Positions 18,729-27,448 of a DNA stretch of 51,536 nucleotides are shown piece by piece. Each line of letters opens with the position of its first letter. Positions within the stretch are counted from its first letter, which is position 1. A program made the position numbers and the translations under genes. The DNA is from a virus (taxonomy: Duplodnaviria; Caudoviricetes). Below the pieces are notes generated by a model, which was given only the letters and a program-made list of their open reading frames with translations, was not told the origin of the DNA and did not search any database. The stretch covers positions 1-51,536 of the IMG/VR virus record IMGVR_UViG_3300022932_000004. The stretch is one strand, 5' to 3'.

Positions 18729-19555
18729 TATTTGCGATAAGAAACCCGGATTTTTTCTCCAGCTAACATTACGTTTAGCATGGTTATCGTTGTTCCGGAA
18801 ATTGTATAATCGTTACCTGACCCACTTTCTTGCAATACCCCGTTTAGGTATAGATGTTCAGACCCTAGTACTGGATTGAACGCTAGCGTATACGTCGTAT
18901 TCGTGCCGTTTATTGCCCCTGATGGAATCTCTTTATCAACAAAATTTGAGTTTTGAAGACCTGCCGCCGCCCCAACAGCAATAAAAGTAATCGCGGTCGT
19001 GCCGATTGTTCCGCCTTGGTTGGCTGTAGATAAATAAATCGTATCGGCATTAACCGTCCCTTCTGTAATTGGAATAGTTGTGCCGGGGATTTCTGCCCAA
19101 GTATCGAAATCCGTTGCCCTCGTTAAAGGAGAAGCAGACCCATTAAATACGTAAATACCATTTTGCGATTGTGTCGTTTGGTCTTTCAACAACACACGAT
19201 CACCATTTGCAAGCGTCACGCCGTCAATCGCAGTCCCTGGCGTTGCAATAGTCACATTTGCAGTAGATGCCGCTCTTGCCGCTTGCTTAGCGGAAAACAT
19301 CGTGTTTAAATTCTGTAATGCGGTGTTAAACTGCGTAAACTCTACAGCTTGTCCGGATTGAGTAGCTTGAGATAATCCGGTAAGATTATTCCCATTCGCA
19401 TTTTGCGCGCCGGTCCACCCGGTAGAGCCATCGCGTTTTAAGAATTCCGCACCATCAGCAAGCTTCGAGGTTTCAATCGCCGCCCCAGCTTGTATTTTTT
19501 CTTTGGTGATAGCGCCGTCTAAGATTTGTCTTGTCCTAAGTTGTGATTGTGACAT
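18728..19555 (-). CDS. Head/neck fibre-like protein
   Basis: 275 aa with AASTANVTI...IDGVTL..GDRVLLKDQT..SQNGIY, a motif common in phage fibre proteins. Confidence 0.7.
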   Translation of the reverse strand: MSQSQLRTRQILDGAITKEKIQAGAAIETSKLADGAEFLKRDGSTGWTGAQNANGNNLTGLSQATQSGQAVEFTQFNTALQNLNTMFSAKQAARAASTANVTIATPGTAIDGVTLANGDRVLLKDQTTQSQNGIYVFNGSASPLTRATDFDTWAEIPGTTIPITEGTVNADTIYLSTANQGGTIGTTAITFIAVGAAAGLQNSNFVDKEIPSGAINGTNTTYTLAFNPVLGSEHLYLNGVLQESGSGNDYTISGTTITMLNVMLAGEKIRVSYRK

Positions 19556-19561
19556 TTTATA

Positions 19562-20014
19562 TTAAGCTTTAGTATAATTAATCAATATTAATTCCCCTAT
19601 CGTGGGGCTAAAAGTTAGTTGTATTTGGTTATTCCCGGACGTCGTAAATTCGTCAATAGGTTTTATTCTTAATCCATTCACTGTTACTACAACAGTTTCA
19701 GGAATAAAGCTAAACTCAGAAACGAACGAGGCGTTTGCCCCGTTTACTAAACCGATTGGGGTCTCATTAAAAACCAATTCAAGACCGGTACCTGAACCGC
19801 CTGAATTTTTGGCAACTAAGTCAACATCTAAGCTCCCGTTTCTCCACCAATATTCAACTATTCCCGCTGAGGTAGACACCGCAACGGTCTTGCCTGAACG
19901 AACAGAAGCAGGCACGGCTAAATTTGCATTGGCCGTGCTGGTATACGGTCCGTACCATTCATCCAAGTTCCCTGGATTCATTAATTTAATACGTTGTGAT
20001 ACCTCGTTCGCCAT
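19562..20014 (-). CDS. Structural appendage protein
   Basis: 150 aa; C-terminal domain (ETPIGLVNGANASF...VNGL) is paralogous to the C-terminus of 18728-19555 (EIPSGAINGTNTTY...LNGV). Confidence 0.6.
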   Translation of the reverse strand: MANEVSQRIKLMNPGNLDEWYGPYTSTANANLAVPASVRSGKTVAVSTSAGIVEYWWRNGSLDVDLVAKNSGGSGTGLELVFNETPIGLVNGANASFVSEFSFIPETVVVTVNGLRIKPIDEFTTSGNNQIQLTFSPTIGELILINYTKA

Positions 20015-20691
20015 TATACTATTGTTACTTTATGAATATGATTGTAAGTAAACGGCAAAGCGTTCTCCATTGTGTACACTGCGTATTGCACTCCGTCTAT
20101 CATTAATAATGCGGGTGTAAAAAGCCACGTAATATCTTCCTCTGAGGTTAAGTCCTCTATTTTCACCACGCGATTTACGGGAACGGCAACGTTGAATATC
20201 CGGTTCAAACCGGAACTATAGGTGAATGATTTACTGTCAGAGGTGAATACGTAAGGCAGTAATTTGACATCAGCCTCGGTAACCGGAATGGTTACAGACC
20301 CTCCTGCATATATTAATCCGTCAAGTGGAATTGGAGTTTCCGAAGCGACACACAACAACCTTAAAAAGGTGCATGGGTCATCCAACTCTTTTACCGTTTG
20401 AACAATGTAGGATTTGCCTAGGTAAAACATAGACATATCTTTCTTCGGTGTGAAAGAAGCCCTTTTTCGGATAACAAAGTACTGATAGGTGTAATATTGC
20501 GTCTGTCCTGCGTTTAGTCCATTAATTGTATATTGGCTAACGTCTTCTTTTCCGGCAAACGTAGATAAAACCAAAGTTCCTGACACCACAGACCCGCCAT
20601 AACCGTCATCGGTTACTACGTCTTGAAGGAATTGCACTTTGTGTCTCAGCCTTCCTGCATCGTAATGGGATTTGTTGTCTTTAGGTTTCAT
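20014..20691 (-). CDS. Head closure (head-tail joining) protein with C-terminal extension
   Basis: N-terminal AGRLRHKVQFLQ...DDGYGG is the SPP1 gp16-type signature; about 105 extra residues follow. Confidence 0.8.
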   Translation of the reverse strand: MKPKDNKSHYDAGRLRHKVQFLQDVVTDDGYGGSVVSGTLVLSTFAGKEDVSQYTINGLNAGQTQYYTYQYFVIRKRASFTPKKDMSMFYLGKSYIVQTVKELDDPCTFLRLLCVASETPIPLDGLIYAGGSVTIPVTEADVKLLPYVFTSDSKSFTYSSGLNRIFNVAVPVNRVVKIEDLTSEEDITWLFTPALLMIDGVQYAVYTMENALPFTYNHIHKVTIV

Positions 20692-20694
20692 TTT

Positions 20695-21147
20695 CTAAAA
20701 CGTTGCCGATCTTTTCATTGGATTCAGTAATAATTGCACATCAAACGGTAAATTCGCTTCGTATACGTCTTTATTTTCAAACAAGTACGTCACAATCTTT
20801 AATACCGCTTCAATAAGATTAGATGGAACATCACCGCTAGCATAACCCACGTTAGCGTTAACCGTAGAGCCTGCTTCTGCCAGTATTGCAGAGCTTAATA
20901 CGTTATGGGTAGTGGTTAGCCCGGAACTAGAGGAGATCACAGCGAAAGGGTAATCGTAAATCTCCAAATACCCCGATGAAGGGATACTGTAAGATTTTTC
21001 CCGTTCATAAAGCATGTGATTCGTTACAACTTCAACTAACGCTACCGCCGTTTTGATGTTGCGAGTGATGTCAGCATCCTTGTCAGGGAAATCTACAACC
21101 AAATGCTCTTTGGCTACAGCAAGAGAAACGACGTCCAGTGCATCCAT
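20695..21147 (-). CDS. Head-tail connector (gp6-like adaptor)
   Basis: VSLAVAKEHLVVD...D and VPSNLIEAVLKIVTYLFENK motifs. Confidence 0.85.
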   Translation of the reverse strand: MDALDVVSLAVAKEHLVVDFPDKDADITRNIKTAVALVEVVTNHMLYEREKSYSIPSSGYLEIYDYPFAVISSSSGLTTTHNVLSSAILAEAGSTVNANVGYASGDVPSNLIEAVLKIVTYLFENKDVYEANLPFDVQLLLNPMKRSATF

Positions 21148-21311
21148 TATTTTGCTTTTTTAGGCTTAACCTCTTCTTTGTGCATTTCTTTTTTCACTTT
21201 CACCTCTTCCGCAACACCCAAAGTAATCATGTACTTACCGATTCCCTCGGATACAGTTTCGGTTTCTCCTAGAGATTTACCGTTATGCGCTCTTAAGTAT
21301 TTAACATCCAT
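21147..21311 (-). CDS. Small basic protein upstream of the connector (54 aa, absent from ORF track)
   Basis: MDVKYLRAHNGKSLGETETVSEGIGKYMITLGVAEEV...; stop overlaps the connector ATG; TATCTTTA at 21317-21324. Confidence 0.7.
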   Translation of the reverse strand: MDVKYLRAHNGKSLGETETVSEGIGKYMITLGVAEEVKVKKEMHKEEVKPKKAK

Positions 21312-21398
21312 GCCCGTAAAGATAGCGATTAGGGTTTATATCATCAATGTTACAATTCTTATATTTTTTATTGGTTAGTTTTGAAAGAAAGACTATAT

Positions 21399-21728
21399 AT
21401 GAATTGGTTTGAAAAGTTATTCAAGAAAAAACAAGAGAAGCCCGAATTACTTCTTGACACGAAGCATCAAGATGTGATGGTTACAACATCTCGTACCCCG
21501 AAAAAGAAAGTTGACGAAGAGGTGAAAACAGAGATTGACAAATACGGAGCTATCCCTGGTAATTCTTACGAAAGCAATTGGATTCCGCCAGTGGTTGACG
21601 ATGGGTTTTCTCCTACGATATATTTCAGCACGTCCGATTCGTCGAGTTCTTCAAGTGAAAGTTCGTCTGACTTCGGGGGCTTTGACGGTGGCGATTTCTC
21701 AGGAGCAGGTTCATCTAGCGATTTTTAA
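21399..21728 (+). CDS. Hypothetical protein with Ser/Gly low-complexity tail
   Basis: MNWFEKLF...SSSSSSESSSDFGGFDGGDFSGAGSSSDF; start revised to ATG at 21399. Confidence 0.65.
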   Translation: MNWFEKLFKKKQEKPELLLDTKHQDVMVTTSRTPKKKVDEEVKTEIDKYGAIPGNSYESNWIPPVVDDGFSPTIYFSTSDSSSSSSESSSDFGGFDGGDFSGAGSSSDF

Positions 21729-21731
21729 GGC

Positions 21732-22286
21732 ATGGCTTTCAACGAAACAAACACCAAGCAAGGCGATATATTCGTAGGGCAGTACGATGACCCTAAAGAC
21801 TCGAAGTTTCACGGAGAAATCATTACAGTCGAAGGCTGGGGTGTAACAATGAAATGTCCTTGGTTAACGTCAATGCCTGTTTGTTCGTGGGGTTGGTCGG
21901 ATTTAAACGAATGCTTTAAAAAGCCGAAAAAATTAAACAACAATGGTCACGTGACTAAAGCGAGAATAGGCAAATTAGAAGGGATTTATAACGGAACAGA
22001 CTTGAAAGGCTACGGGAGTCCAATTGGCACCAAGTATTTCGTAGGTGAAATAAACGTAAATAAAACAATAAACATGAAAAAAATCATTAAAATTACAGAG
22101 GACAGAATTGTCAACCTTAACCAAGACGCTGTGGTTCTTCACAGAAGGCTAGAAGAAGTCACTAATCAAATTAGTGCGATAAACCTTGAGATAAACGAAA
22201 TCTCAGCAGAGCTAAAGGAGTTGCGGGCTCTTGATACGGAAGGGTTTATTACTATTCCCAGCTCAGAATCTGACATTTCATCATAA
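21732..22286 (+). CDS. Hypothetical protein with C-terminal coiled coil
   Basis: 184 aa ORF; an internal ATG with A-rich leader at 22074 may be a second start. Confidence 0.55.
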   Translation: MAFNETNTKQGDIFVGQYDDPKDSKFHGEIITVEGWGVTMKCPWLTSMPVCSWGWSDLNECFKKPKKLNNNGHVTKARIGKLEGIYNGTDLKGYGSPIGTKYFVGEINVNKTINMKKIIKITEDRIVNLNQDAVVLHRRLEEVTNQISAINLEINEISAELKELRALDTEGFITIPSSESDISS

Positions 22287-22609
22287 TGCGACTGTTTAAT
22301 AAATCATTAACATTTCTGCTAATTATAATGGGAATGGCGGGAATTATCATAGGTATAATAGGTGGACTATTTGCTATGCTAGTTCTTGCTATTGTGTTTA
22401 TAGCGAACTTAACTTAAAATCATGAATCATGAAAAGATTAATTAAAATTATTCTAGAAATAGAGACAGATGCCCACATTAACGATATTCATAATGCGGTC
22501 AACATTGGGCTGAACGATGCTTTTCCGGACAACGGAATAACTGATGAAAGGGTTAATGCAGATGTTTTTGAGCTAAAAGTAGAATTATAGCTTCTTTATA
22601 AGAAATCCA

Positions 22610-23095
22610 ATGAACGACGACGAGCCTTTGAGCGAAAAGATGTGGAATCCTCGCAAATCAAGTAAAAAGAATAAGCATAAAACCGAATACAGACCGCCAA
22701 AAGTAAAGAAGCGTAAACACGTGCCGTCAGAAATGGAGTTTTTAATCAGCATGCATCTTGAATTGTTGGGCGTAGAATATAAAACGGAACATAAGTTAAT
22801 CGGTCTTGTATCGCCTCATTCCGGTTCTTGGCTAAGCTGTGACTTCTACGTCGGCAAGTATCCACTTATCATTGAGTACGACGGGATGCAACACTTCTTT
22901 AGGATGTCAAATGATAGGCATTACGATGATTTAAACAAGCGTAGGCTGAACGATAAAGCGAAAGACCTGTACTGCATTCAGAATAACATTACGATGCTTA
23001 GGATTAGCGTCTACCAACGGGCGCATTACAGGGAGATTATTAACGAGTGTATAGATAAATTAGAATGCAACAAGAATTATACTAAAAGCACATAA
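22610..23095 (+). CDS. DUF559/Vsr-like PD-(D/E)xK endonuclease
   Basis: CDFYVGKYPLIIEYDGMQHF...D..KD.YC..NNITMLRI signature. Confidence 0.8.
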   Translation: MNDDEPLSEKMWNPRKSSKKNKHKTEYRPPKVKKRKHVPSEMEFLISMHLELLGVEYKTEHKLIGLVSPHSGSWLSCDFYVGKYPLIIEYDGMQHFFRMSNDRHYDDLNKRRLNDKAKDLYCIQNNITMLRISVYQRAHYREIINECIDKLECNKNYTKST

Positions 23096-23129
23096 GGATA
23101 TTTGCTTATCTTTCTTATCTTTACCACGT

Positions 23130-23233
23130 AATTGGTAGCATTCGAACTCGAACCGATTTAAAGAAATTTACAGGCGCTAACCTTAGCAAGTACCGAGTTC
23201 GAATGCGGGAAAGTTGAGGTTAACGCCTTTTTT
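23130..23233 (+). ncRNA. Structured 5' leader, kissing-loop element 1
   Basis: Loop GCATTCGAACTCG (23138-23150) is the exact reverse complement of CGAGTTCGAATGC (23194-23206), which lies in the loop of a 16-bp stem (23172-23187/23213-23228) followed by a T-run. Confidence 0.7.
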
Positions 23234-23238
23234 ATTAT

Positions 23239-24066
23239 ATGGCAACAGAAAAAATTTGTGGGATATATATTATTCACTCCCCAACAGATAGAATATATAT
23301 TGGACAGTCGAGAGATATTATGAGAAGATTTAAGTCTTATTTATGCGGAAGCTCAAAAACCAAAGGACAACCCAAGTTGCATAATTCATTTGTAAAGCAT
23401 GGGGTTGAAAATCACTTTTTTACCGTATTAGAGGAATGTGAATTGCTTCAATTGAATATCAGGGAACGTTTTTGGCAAGACGAGCATAACGCTATTGGCG
23501 ACATGGGGTTAAATTGCAGGCTAACAGAAACAGATTTAGTTCCGGCTATAACAAGTGAAGAAACGAGAAAAAAGCTTTCAGAAGCAGCAGCGAAAAGAAT
23601 GTCCATATTGCTTAACGATCCTGAATACAAAAAGACAATGCGAATTGCTTATGACAAAAGAATAGGGGTTAAATTAAGACCAAAAACAGACGAAGAAAAA
23701 GAGTCGATTAGAAAAACAGTTACCGCGTATGGCGGTTGGAAAGGCGAAAAGAACCCCTTCTATGGCAAAGACAGGAGTGGAGAAAAGAACACCATGTACG
23801 GTAAAATTCAAAGCGAAGAAGCTCGAGAAAAAATAAGGCAAAAAGCTTTAGGAAGAAAACATACTGATAGCGCAAAATCCTTAATGTCTGCTAAAAGATC
23901 GCTAGGTAATAATATACATGCGAAGCTGGTCTTTAACGAGGAAACTGGGATTTTTTATACCTCAGGAAAGGAGGCCTGGATGGCTATAGGTTATGGAGCA
24001 TACCCTACAATGAAGTCCAAATTAAACGGAGATAATCCGAATAAAACATCATATAGGTATGTATAA
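23239..24066 (+). CDS. GIY-YIG homing endonuclease with NUMOD3-like repeats
   Basis: GIYIIHSPTDRIYIGQS, RERFWQ, GLNC; GEKNPFYGK, GEKNTMYGK and GRKHTD repeats. Confidence 0.9.
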   Translation: MATEKICGIYIIHSPTDRIYIGQSRDIMRRFKSYLCGSSKTKGQPKLHNSFVKHGVENHFFTVLEECELLQLNIRERFWQDEHNAIGDMGLNCRLTETDLVPAITSEETRKKLSEAAAKRMSILLNDPEYKKTMRIAYDKRIGVKLRPKTDEEKESIRKTVTAYGGWKGEKNPFYGKDRSGEKNTMYGKIQSEEAREKIRQKALGRKHTDSAKSLMSAKRSLGNNIHAKLVFNEETGIFYTSGKEAWMAIGYGAYPTMKSKLNGDNPNKTSYRYV

Positions 24067-24101
24067 AAAAAGCCCTGACATAATACATCAGGGCTTTTTT
24101 T
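24065..24101. terminator. Bidirectional rho-independent terminator
   Basis: A-run, GCCCTGA...TCAGGGC stem, T-run, between the convergent GIY-YIG and capsid genes. Confidence 0.85.
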
Positions 24102-24122
24102 GTTTTGTTTATTTATTTCGTA

Positions 24123-25406
24123 CTAAGCAACAACCGGAGGTGTAAGCAACAATTTCTTGAATGCTTCTGGGTAATAGATAGGAAGCGCAATTCTACCTTC
24201 AATACGGATTGAAACAGTATTCGTTGCAAAGTTGTCTTTATGTTCAGAACTATAAGCAATATTCATCGCTTTTCGTTGAAATATAGCCGTGCCCCTTGCA
24301 AAATCACCTACTAAACCTTCATTTTGAAGAAATGAATTACTCCAATAAATAGGAACTCCGCCAATCCTTAATACATTTTGACTATCTAGTAAGATAGGGT
24401 AGGTGTATTCTCCAGAACCAGAGCCTTTATTAATGAACATCTCCATGTAAGCCACAGGAGAAACAAACACAGCAGATGTAGCACGTTTTAATACCCTTAC
24501 CTCTGTGATTCCAGCTGCAACCTTATCTATAACACTAGATGCTGTCGTAACAGTTCCCAATGGAAGAACTTGATTTGCTGCCTGTTGCCATAATCCGAGC
24601 AGATTTTGACCAGTTCCGTTACCTTTGAAAATTTGAGAATCCTCAAAATCCATGTAAACCTTTGGCAATTCGTATGCTAACCATGCACGAAGACCAACTA
24701 CATCATCTAAGTTTTCGTCGCTCACGTCTAAAATCGCCGCAATTTTACGAACCGTAGCGTCTTTAACAGCCGCAATCCAAGCTAGCTGAGGCTTAACCGC
24801 CCCCTCTGCTACAGTTCCAATTCCCGCCTGAGTGGTATCTACAGTATATTGGATGTATTTAATTACATCACTAATAGTTGGGAATACAGGGATCACATCT
24901 CGAGCGTGCGTTTCATCATGACCGGGGCCAACAATTCCTACAAACTGAGGAGCAACGCCGCCAACAGGCTTAAGCATTGCTTTTGCTTCCAAATCTACGC
25001 TTAGGTCTTTTGCTCCTTGTAAGAATCCTTTAAGCATTTTTTCACCTTCTTCGGTAGATAGTTTTTCAACAATCTCCTCAGACATGGTTTTCATGCGCTC
25101 TTTAACTTCGCCAATTTTAGCACGCTGTAATTGCGCCTTAAAAGACTCAATATCACCATCGTACTTTTCTGCAAGTTCTTTTAAAGCTTTTTCGTTTTCG
25201 TCTGAAATTTCTTTCAGTTCAGCAACGCGTTCTTTTTTCAGGTCTTCTTTCATTGCTTCAATAGCGGCTTTAACGCTTTCGTCTGCAATCCTTTTCTGCT
25301 CTTGTTCCTTGTAGGCTTCGAGCTGAATTTCGTACTTAACCTGTTCCCTTTCTGACAGAGCGTCGTACTGGTCTTTGGATAGTACTTTGAAGTTTTTCAA
25401 ATCCAT
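24123..25406 (-). CDS. Major capsid protein (HK97 fold) with N-terminal scaffold (delta) domain
   Basis: 427 aa; coiled-coil N-terminus; VAEGAVKP, ED.QIFKGNGTGQNLLG, IGGVPI, VGDF and F..N.V.IRIEGR motifs. Confidence 0.93.
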   Translation of the reverse strand: MDLKNFKVLSKDQYDALSEREQVKYEIQLEAYKEQEQKRIADESVKAAIEAMKEDLKKERVAELKEISDENEKALKELAEKYDGDIESFKAQLQRAKIGEVKERMKTMSEEIVEKLSTEEGEKMLKGFLQGAKDLSVDLEAKAMLKPVGGVAPQFVGIVGPGHDETHARDVIPVFPTISDVIKYIQYTVDTTQAGIGTVAEGAVKPQLAWIAAVKDATVRKIAAILDVSDENLDDVVGLRAWLAYELPKVYMDFEDSQIFKGNGTGQNLLGLWQQAANQVLPLGTVTTASSVIDKVAAGITEVRVLKRATSAVFVSPVAYMEMFINKGSGSGEYTYPILLDSQNVLRIGGVPIYWSNSFLQNEGLVGDFARGTAIFQRKAMNIAYSSEHKDNFATNTVSIRIEGRIALPIYYPEAFKKLLLTPPVVA

Positions 25407-25409
25407 TTT

Positions 25410-26237
25410 CTAGTGAATAAGTGTGTAAAAATTTGATTTTTTGGTTTGTTGACTGCTCTGTAGCGGGTCAATATTTTTCTGTTCGTCTTCGCTGATGCTG
25501 ATTACCCCCGTAGCCGGATTGCTACCTGCGATAACCAACGAGCTTTCACGAACGTTAGTAGCTTTTTTAACGATAAAAAAGTACGGGATATAGTCAAAGT
25601 CTGCACTATTGGCAATCTTTGGAAAATAAGCATCGTACAGTGTTTTTAAATCTTTGTAATCAGGGTCGTTGCTATCCAAAGCAAACTCAATGTCGTCGTA
25701 CATCATCCTCACAGAGGCTTCGATGTCGTCTTTTGATTCTAACCAGTCTTTAGCAGTTTGATTGATGATCGCGTCTTTTCTGAACTTGTAGATCAATGCT
25801 TGGGTATCGCCTCCATAATTCTTTCCGATTGATGCAAAAGGAATTACTGCTACAAATTGCTCGATATAAGCTTTCTTTACAATCACGTTTGCCATTGCTA
25901 AGCTATGGTCTGAAACCAAATAGTTTTTGCCTTGCTCAGTAACTACGCTATCATTCCAGCAATTGTCGTCGTGCAAATCTCCATGAGAATCCAGGACAAG
26001 GCATGTGTTAACTGCAATGTAGTAATGTTCGTCATCAGTTTCAAAACTCACCTTACCTGTTGAAGTGGCTAATTTTGAAACATCCAGCACACGCAAAGAA
26101 ACGCCAACACCCTTTTCGCAAGAACGATAAATCTGCGCTTTCTTCAAACGGATGATCTCAGGCAGATTCTTTTTAATCTCCTTAAACATCAGTTCTTTGG
26201 TCGTGAAAGACTTGTTAAGCTCTTTGCAGAATATCAT
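25410..26237 (-). CDS. Probable prohead protease
   Basis: 275 aa directly upstream of the capsid gene; LDSHGDLH, SDH and RESSLV..GSNPAT motifs are HK97-protease-like. Confidence 0.65.
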   Translation of the reverse strand: MIFCKELNKSFTTKELMFKEIKKNLPEIIRLKKAQIYRSCEKGVGVSLRVLDVSKLATSTGKVSFETDDEHYYIAVNTCLVLDSHGDLHDDNCWNDSVVTEQGKNYLVSDHSLAMANVIVKKAYIEQFVAVIPFASIGKNYGGDTQALIYKFRKDAIINQTAKDWLESKDDIEASVRMMYDDIEFALDSNDPDYKDLKTLYDAYFPKIANSADFDYIPYFFIVKKATNVRESSLVIAGSNPATGVISISEDEQKNIDPLQSSQQTKKSNFYTLIH

Positions 26238-26369
26238 CTATTTACAGATTGGCTTGTTTACGTATTCTTGTTTTTGCTTGATAGCTTCTTGAGCTTCTTT
26301 AGGCATCGGGCGTTCTTTTAACCTTTCGATTGTTTTTTCTGCCTCTGTTTTTTCCTTTGTCTGCTTCAT
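26238..26369 (-). CDS. Small charged protein (43 aa, absent from ORF track)
   Basis: MKQTKEKTEAEKTIERLKERPMPKEAQEAIKQKQEYVNKPICK; abuts the protease gene; TACTTTTA at 26376-26383. Confidence 0.55.
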   Translation of the reverse strand: MKQTKEKTEAEKTIERLKERPMPKEAQEAIKQKQEYVNKPICK

Positions 26370-26475
26370 GATGTGTAAAAGTAGTTAATATCAATGTAAC
26401 AATGTGAATACACAAAACGTAAAGTTTACCTATATTTGGGTAATGCAATACCATTAGCTATCTTTGAATTCAATT

Positions 26476-26667
26476 ATGACCACAAAAGAAGTCGCAGAAG
26501 AGATTAAAAAAGGCGGTAAACACTATCACGGGGTGATGCCTCAAAGTACTTACTACAACACACTATCTAGGATTAAGAAGGGAACGGCTACAGAAAAAAG
26601 AATTAGGTCTTTTTTTGAGGCTTTTAACTACACCGTTAAACAAGAAACGCAATGGTCAAAACAATAA
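26476..26667 (+). CDS. Small putative DNA-binding (HTH-like) protein
   Basis: MTTKEVAEEIKKGG...MPQSTYYNTLSRIKKG; basic and helical. Confidence 0.5.
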   Translation: MTTKEVAEEIKKGGKHYHGVMPQSTYYNTLSRIKKGTATEKRIRSFFEAFNYTVKQETQWSKQ

Positions 26668-26936
26668 CGATTATATTTCTGTCTGTAGCACTTGTTATTG
26701 AGGTGTACTTGTTCCTTCAAAGGAGGCGAATATCAAAGGCGAAAAATAAAATACACGAACTCTTGTTGCGAGCCGAGAGAAACAAGCAGGTATACGCTTT
26801 TAGAATGCGTATTATACATGAGTATCCTATCCATGTCGCAGAGAAAATGCCTAGTTATGAAGCAATGATGTTTTCGGACAAGCCATTGACGGTAAAAGAA
26901 TGGATTGATGTGGATGAATTCGTAAACTTGAATTAA
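26652..26936 (+). CDS. Hypothetical protein with N-terminal TM anchor
   Basis: 94 aa with a hydrophobic N-terminus. Confidence 0.6.
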   Translation: MVKTITIIFLSVALVIEVYLFLQRRRISKAKNKIHELLLRAERNKQVYAFRMRIIHEYPIHVAEKMPSYEAMMFSDKPLTVKEWIDVDEFVNLN

Positions 26937-26939
26937 TAA

Positions 26940-27155
26940 ATGGACCATCAAAAATACAGAGTTCTTTCTCTTTTGCCACTAGAACACTTCGGAAACGAAG
27001 ACTTAATGTCTTTCCTTAGAAAGGAAGCTGATTTAATGGCAAATAAAGAAGCGAATGGATTTAGTTTTTACTCAAAAAAAATATTTATCGATGATGATGC
27101 TTTTATTTACGACAGAATAACCGTCATATTCGAATATAGAATGTATTTTAAATAA
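26940..27155 (+). CDS. Hypothetical protein
   Basis: 71 aa ORF in the plus-strand island. Confidence 0.55.
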   Translation: MDHQKYRVLSLLPLEHFGNEDLMSFLRKEADLMANKEANGFSFYSKKIFIDDDAFIYDRITVIFEYRMYFK

Positions 27156-27160
27156 CCAAA

Positions 27161-27448
27161 ATGAAGACTATACAGGAATTGCAACAAGAACTAGCCAAGC
27201 ATAGAAAGCTATTGCATCGTGCGGTAGGCAATCAGATTCTACCTCACATAAACTATCACCATTACGAATGTGTCAGAATAATAAATGAGATTCAAGACTC
27301 AGACATGAAAAGAGACAGGTTTTCCGTAATTGGGGTCTATGAAAAGAACGTCAAATCTTTGGGCGATGATTTCGGGAAAATGTTTAGGGAACATTTCTTA
27401 AAATTAGAAGACGAAGCTATATTAAAAGGCAACACTCCTACGCAATAG
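27161..27448 (+). CDS. Hypothetical protein
   Basis: 95 aa ORF converging on the portal gene. Confidence 0.55.
   Translation: MKTIQELQQELAKHRKLLHRAVGNQILPHINYHHYECVRIINEIQDSDMKRDRFSVIGVYEKNVKSLGDDFGKMFREHFLKLEDEAILKGNTPTQ

Noticed and set aside
17515-20051. Long plus-strand ORFs (204, 115 and 149 aa) antisense to the appendage genes
   Set aside because: Shadow ORFs expected opposite Thr/Ala/Val-rich genes; no motifs and mostly non-ATG starts.
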